Below are positions 62,326-64,000 of a stretch of DNA of 64,000 bases, in pieces (positions within the stretch are counted from its first letter, which is position 1; each line of letters starts with the position of its first letter). A program made the translations under genes and the position numbers. A model generated the notes under the pieces. It saw only the letters and a program-made list of their open reading frames with translations. It was not told where the DNA came from and searched no databases. The DNA lies in NCBI GenBank assembly GCA_963840855.1, contig CAWJBB010000068.1, positions 55,678-119,677 on the forward strand, written 5' to 3'. Source of the DNA: an uncultured delta proteobacterium (GTDB taxonomy: Bacteria > Desulfobacterota > Binatia > UBA9968).

Positions 62326-63232
62326 ATGGATAAGCCAATAATCGGTTTTATCGGCCTCGGCATCATGGGCAAGCCCATGGCGCGGAATCTTATTGAAGGC
62401 GGGTTATCCGCTGGTCGTTCATAATCGCAGCCGCGCCGCGGTTGAAGAATTAGCTAAAGAAGGCGCCAAAGCCGCCGCGACTTCCATGGAAGTTGCCGGG
62501 CAGAGCGAAGTTCTAATCACTATGCTTCCCGATTCGCCGGACGTGGAACTGGTGTACGCCGGGGAGAACGGCGTGTTTGCCGGAGTGAAGTCGGGAACAC
62601 TGTTAATCGACATGTCGAGCATCTCGCCGGTCGCCGCGCGCAAGCTTGCCGCCGACGCCGACAAGCGCGGCTGTGAGATGGTCGATGCGCCGGTAAGCGG
62701 CGGCGAAGCGGGCGCCATCGGCGCCACATTATCGATCATGATCGGTGGAAAAGCGTCCGCCGTGGAACGCGCTATGCCGATTTTCCAAGCCCTCGGCAAA
62801 AATATCGTCCACGTCGGCGACGCCGGCGCTGGGCAAGTGACAAAGGCAGCGAATCAAATGGTTGTCGGCACCACCATCGCGATCGTCGGCGAAGCCTTGG
62901 TGCTTGCCGCGAAAGCGGGGGTCGATCCGGCGAAAGTCAGGCAGGCTCTGCTCGGCGGCTTCGCCCAGTCGAAGATTCTCGAGGCTCACGGTCAAAAAAT
63001 GCTCGACCGCAATTTCAAACCCGGCTTTCGCATCCGCTTGCATGAAAAGGACATGAAGATCGCGTTAGCCACGGGCAGTGAATATGGCGTCCCGCTGATG
63101 GTCACCGGCGTCGTCGGCCAGATGATGACCGCCATGAAAGGCATGGGCAACGGCGACCTGGATCATGCGGGGCTGGTGAAGTTCGTCGAGGAGTTGGCGA
63201 AGATAGAGATAAGCTCAGAACGAGCGGCCTGA
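62326..63232 (+). CDS. garR: 2-hydroxy-3-oxopropionate (tartronate semialdehyde) reductase; frameshift near 62390
   Basis: IGFIGLGIMGKPMARN, DAPVSGG, GAGQVTKAANQ, FKPGFRI.LH.KD. Confidence 0.9.
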
Positions 63233-63251
63233 AAAGGGATCGATGACATGC

Positions 63252-63278
63252 CCTCGGCCTCTATCGAGGAGTTTTTTC
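63252..63278 (+). terminator. Probable terminator after garR
   Basis: cctcg-loop-cgagg followed by agtttttt. Confidence 0.5.
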
Positions 63279-63443
63279 AGAGCTTTTGCGAGCGCCGCCT
63301 CTCGAGTGCCGAGACTCTTCCGCATCCTCTGGGCCTTCGCAACATCCAGCCGGTGGTTTTTTCTTTGCACGTTTGATTTCATTCCCGATCATCCGGAAGA
63401 GTCTGCAGCTTAGTAACAAATCGCTTCTGTATTGTCAATTTTT

Positions 63444-63711
63444 GGTAGTGGTTCAATTGGAACTCGCTCCGTCTCCGGAATGCAGGAAGATTTCTCGCTC
63501 CGCTCGAAATGACGAATAGGGTGAATTGTCATCCTGAACGACAGGCTGTGTGAAAACTCATTAGGAGCCCTTCGACTAAGCTCAGGGCGAACGGATAACT
63601 GTCTGATTTGTCATGTTTGACATCCGTTCGTGGTGCGCCCAGTCAAACCATGAACGGAGTTTTCACACAGTCTGGCGAAAGAGAGGGATCTGCGCAAACT
63701 AAACCACTGCT
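63444..63711. mobile_element. Second IS1-like MITE copy with the inner MITE (63542-63674) in opposite orientation
   Basis: GGTAGTGGTTCAATT .. AACTAAACCACTGCT; TSD CAATTTTT / CAATTTCT; inner segment is the reverse complement of that in the 56.1 kb copy. Confidence 0.8.
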
Positions 63712-63766
63712 CAATTTCTCCACAAATCGACTCGTGAGCTTCGTTCCGGTCCCGTTCAATCGATCC

Positions 63767-63796
63767 TTGACAAAGCCGAACCGACTCAACTAGCGT
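63767..63796 (+). promoter_or_regulatory. Putative sigma70 promoter
   Basis: TTGACA-N18-TAGCGT. Confidence 0.5.
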
Positions 63797-63859
63797 GTCA
63801 CCATACATGAGTACACAAAATCTGTAAGCGATCGAAGTCATCCGCCTCGTGAGGGGCCT

Positions 63860-64000
63860 ATGTCTGGAACAACAAAAAAACTGGTCGATGCCGACACCCA
63901 TGTTTCCGAGTCCGAAGGGATGTGGGAGCATATCGACCGCGAGTTGTACCATCGTAGACCGGTGCTGATTTCCGTGCCGGAGAACACGCTCTATGGCGAC
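63860..64000 (+). CDS. Amidohydrolase family protein (5' part, runs off the window)
   Basis: SD gagggg; MSGTTKKLVDADTHVSE (D.D.H metal motif). Confidence 0.8.
   Translation, partial: MSGTTKKLVDADTHVSESEGMWEHIDRELYHRRPVLISVPENTLYGD

Overview
GC-rich bacterial chromosome segment. The gene content (many solute-binding proteins, TRAP/TTT transporters, an amidohydrolase, mre operon, glcDFE) suggests a soil Deltaproteobacteria-like lineage such as Binatota; this is inference. The sequence behaves like a low-coverage long-read assembly: about 16 genes, including essential mrdA, carry single-base frameshifts, and 33.8-34.4 kb is corrupted. Layout: (1) 0-11.3 kb, a candidate surface-sensing cAMP module: solute-binding protein, a cNMP/MalT-like WHD-TPR/DASS transporter fusion, CHASE2 adenylate cyclase, HExxH lipoprotein, TPR beta-barrel and a large FecR protein. 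(2) 11.6-11.94 kb, a stand-alone transcription unit missed by the ORF track: consensus rrnP1-like promoter, structured RNA, a 15-aa Lys-rich ORF (MAAKKAKKKAKKKKK) and a terminator. (3) Housekeeping genes: TlpA-ccdA, folE, pepA, trxA, mreBCD-mrdA-rodA, ppiD. (4) A defence island: fic, hsdM, GIY-YIG/DUF4357, hsdS, a deletion scar and hsdR. (5) lipBA, an aminotransferase with an uncharacterised Fe-S gene pair, tctCBA, TRAP plus amidase, glcDFE, MltD-like protein, CADD-like oxidase, glgP and garR. Intergenic spaces hold a dozen 7/8/9-mer tandem arrays, mostly in hairpin form, and nested MITEs with target-site duplications. No rRNA, tRNA or CRISPR array was seen. All family calls come from motif recognition by eye, not from database searches.
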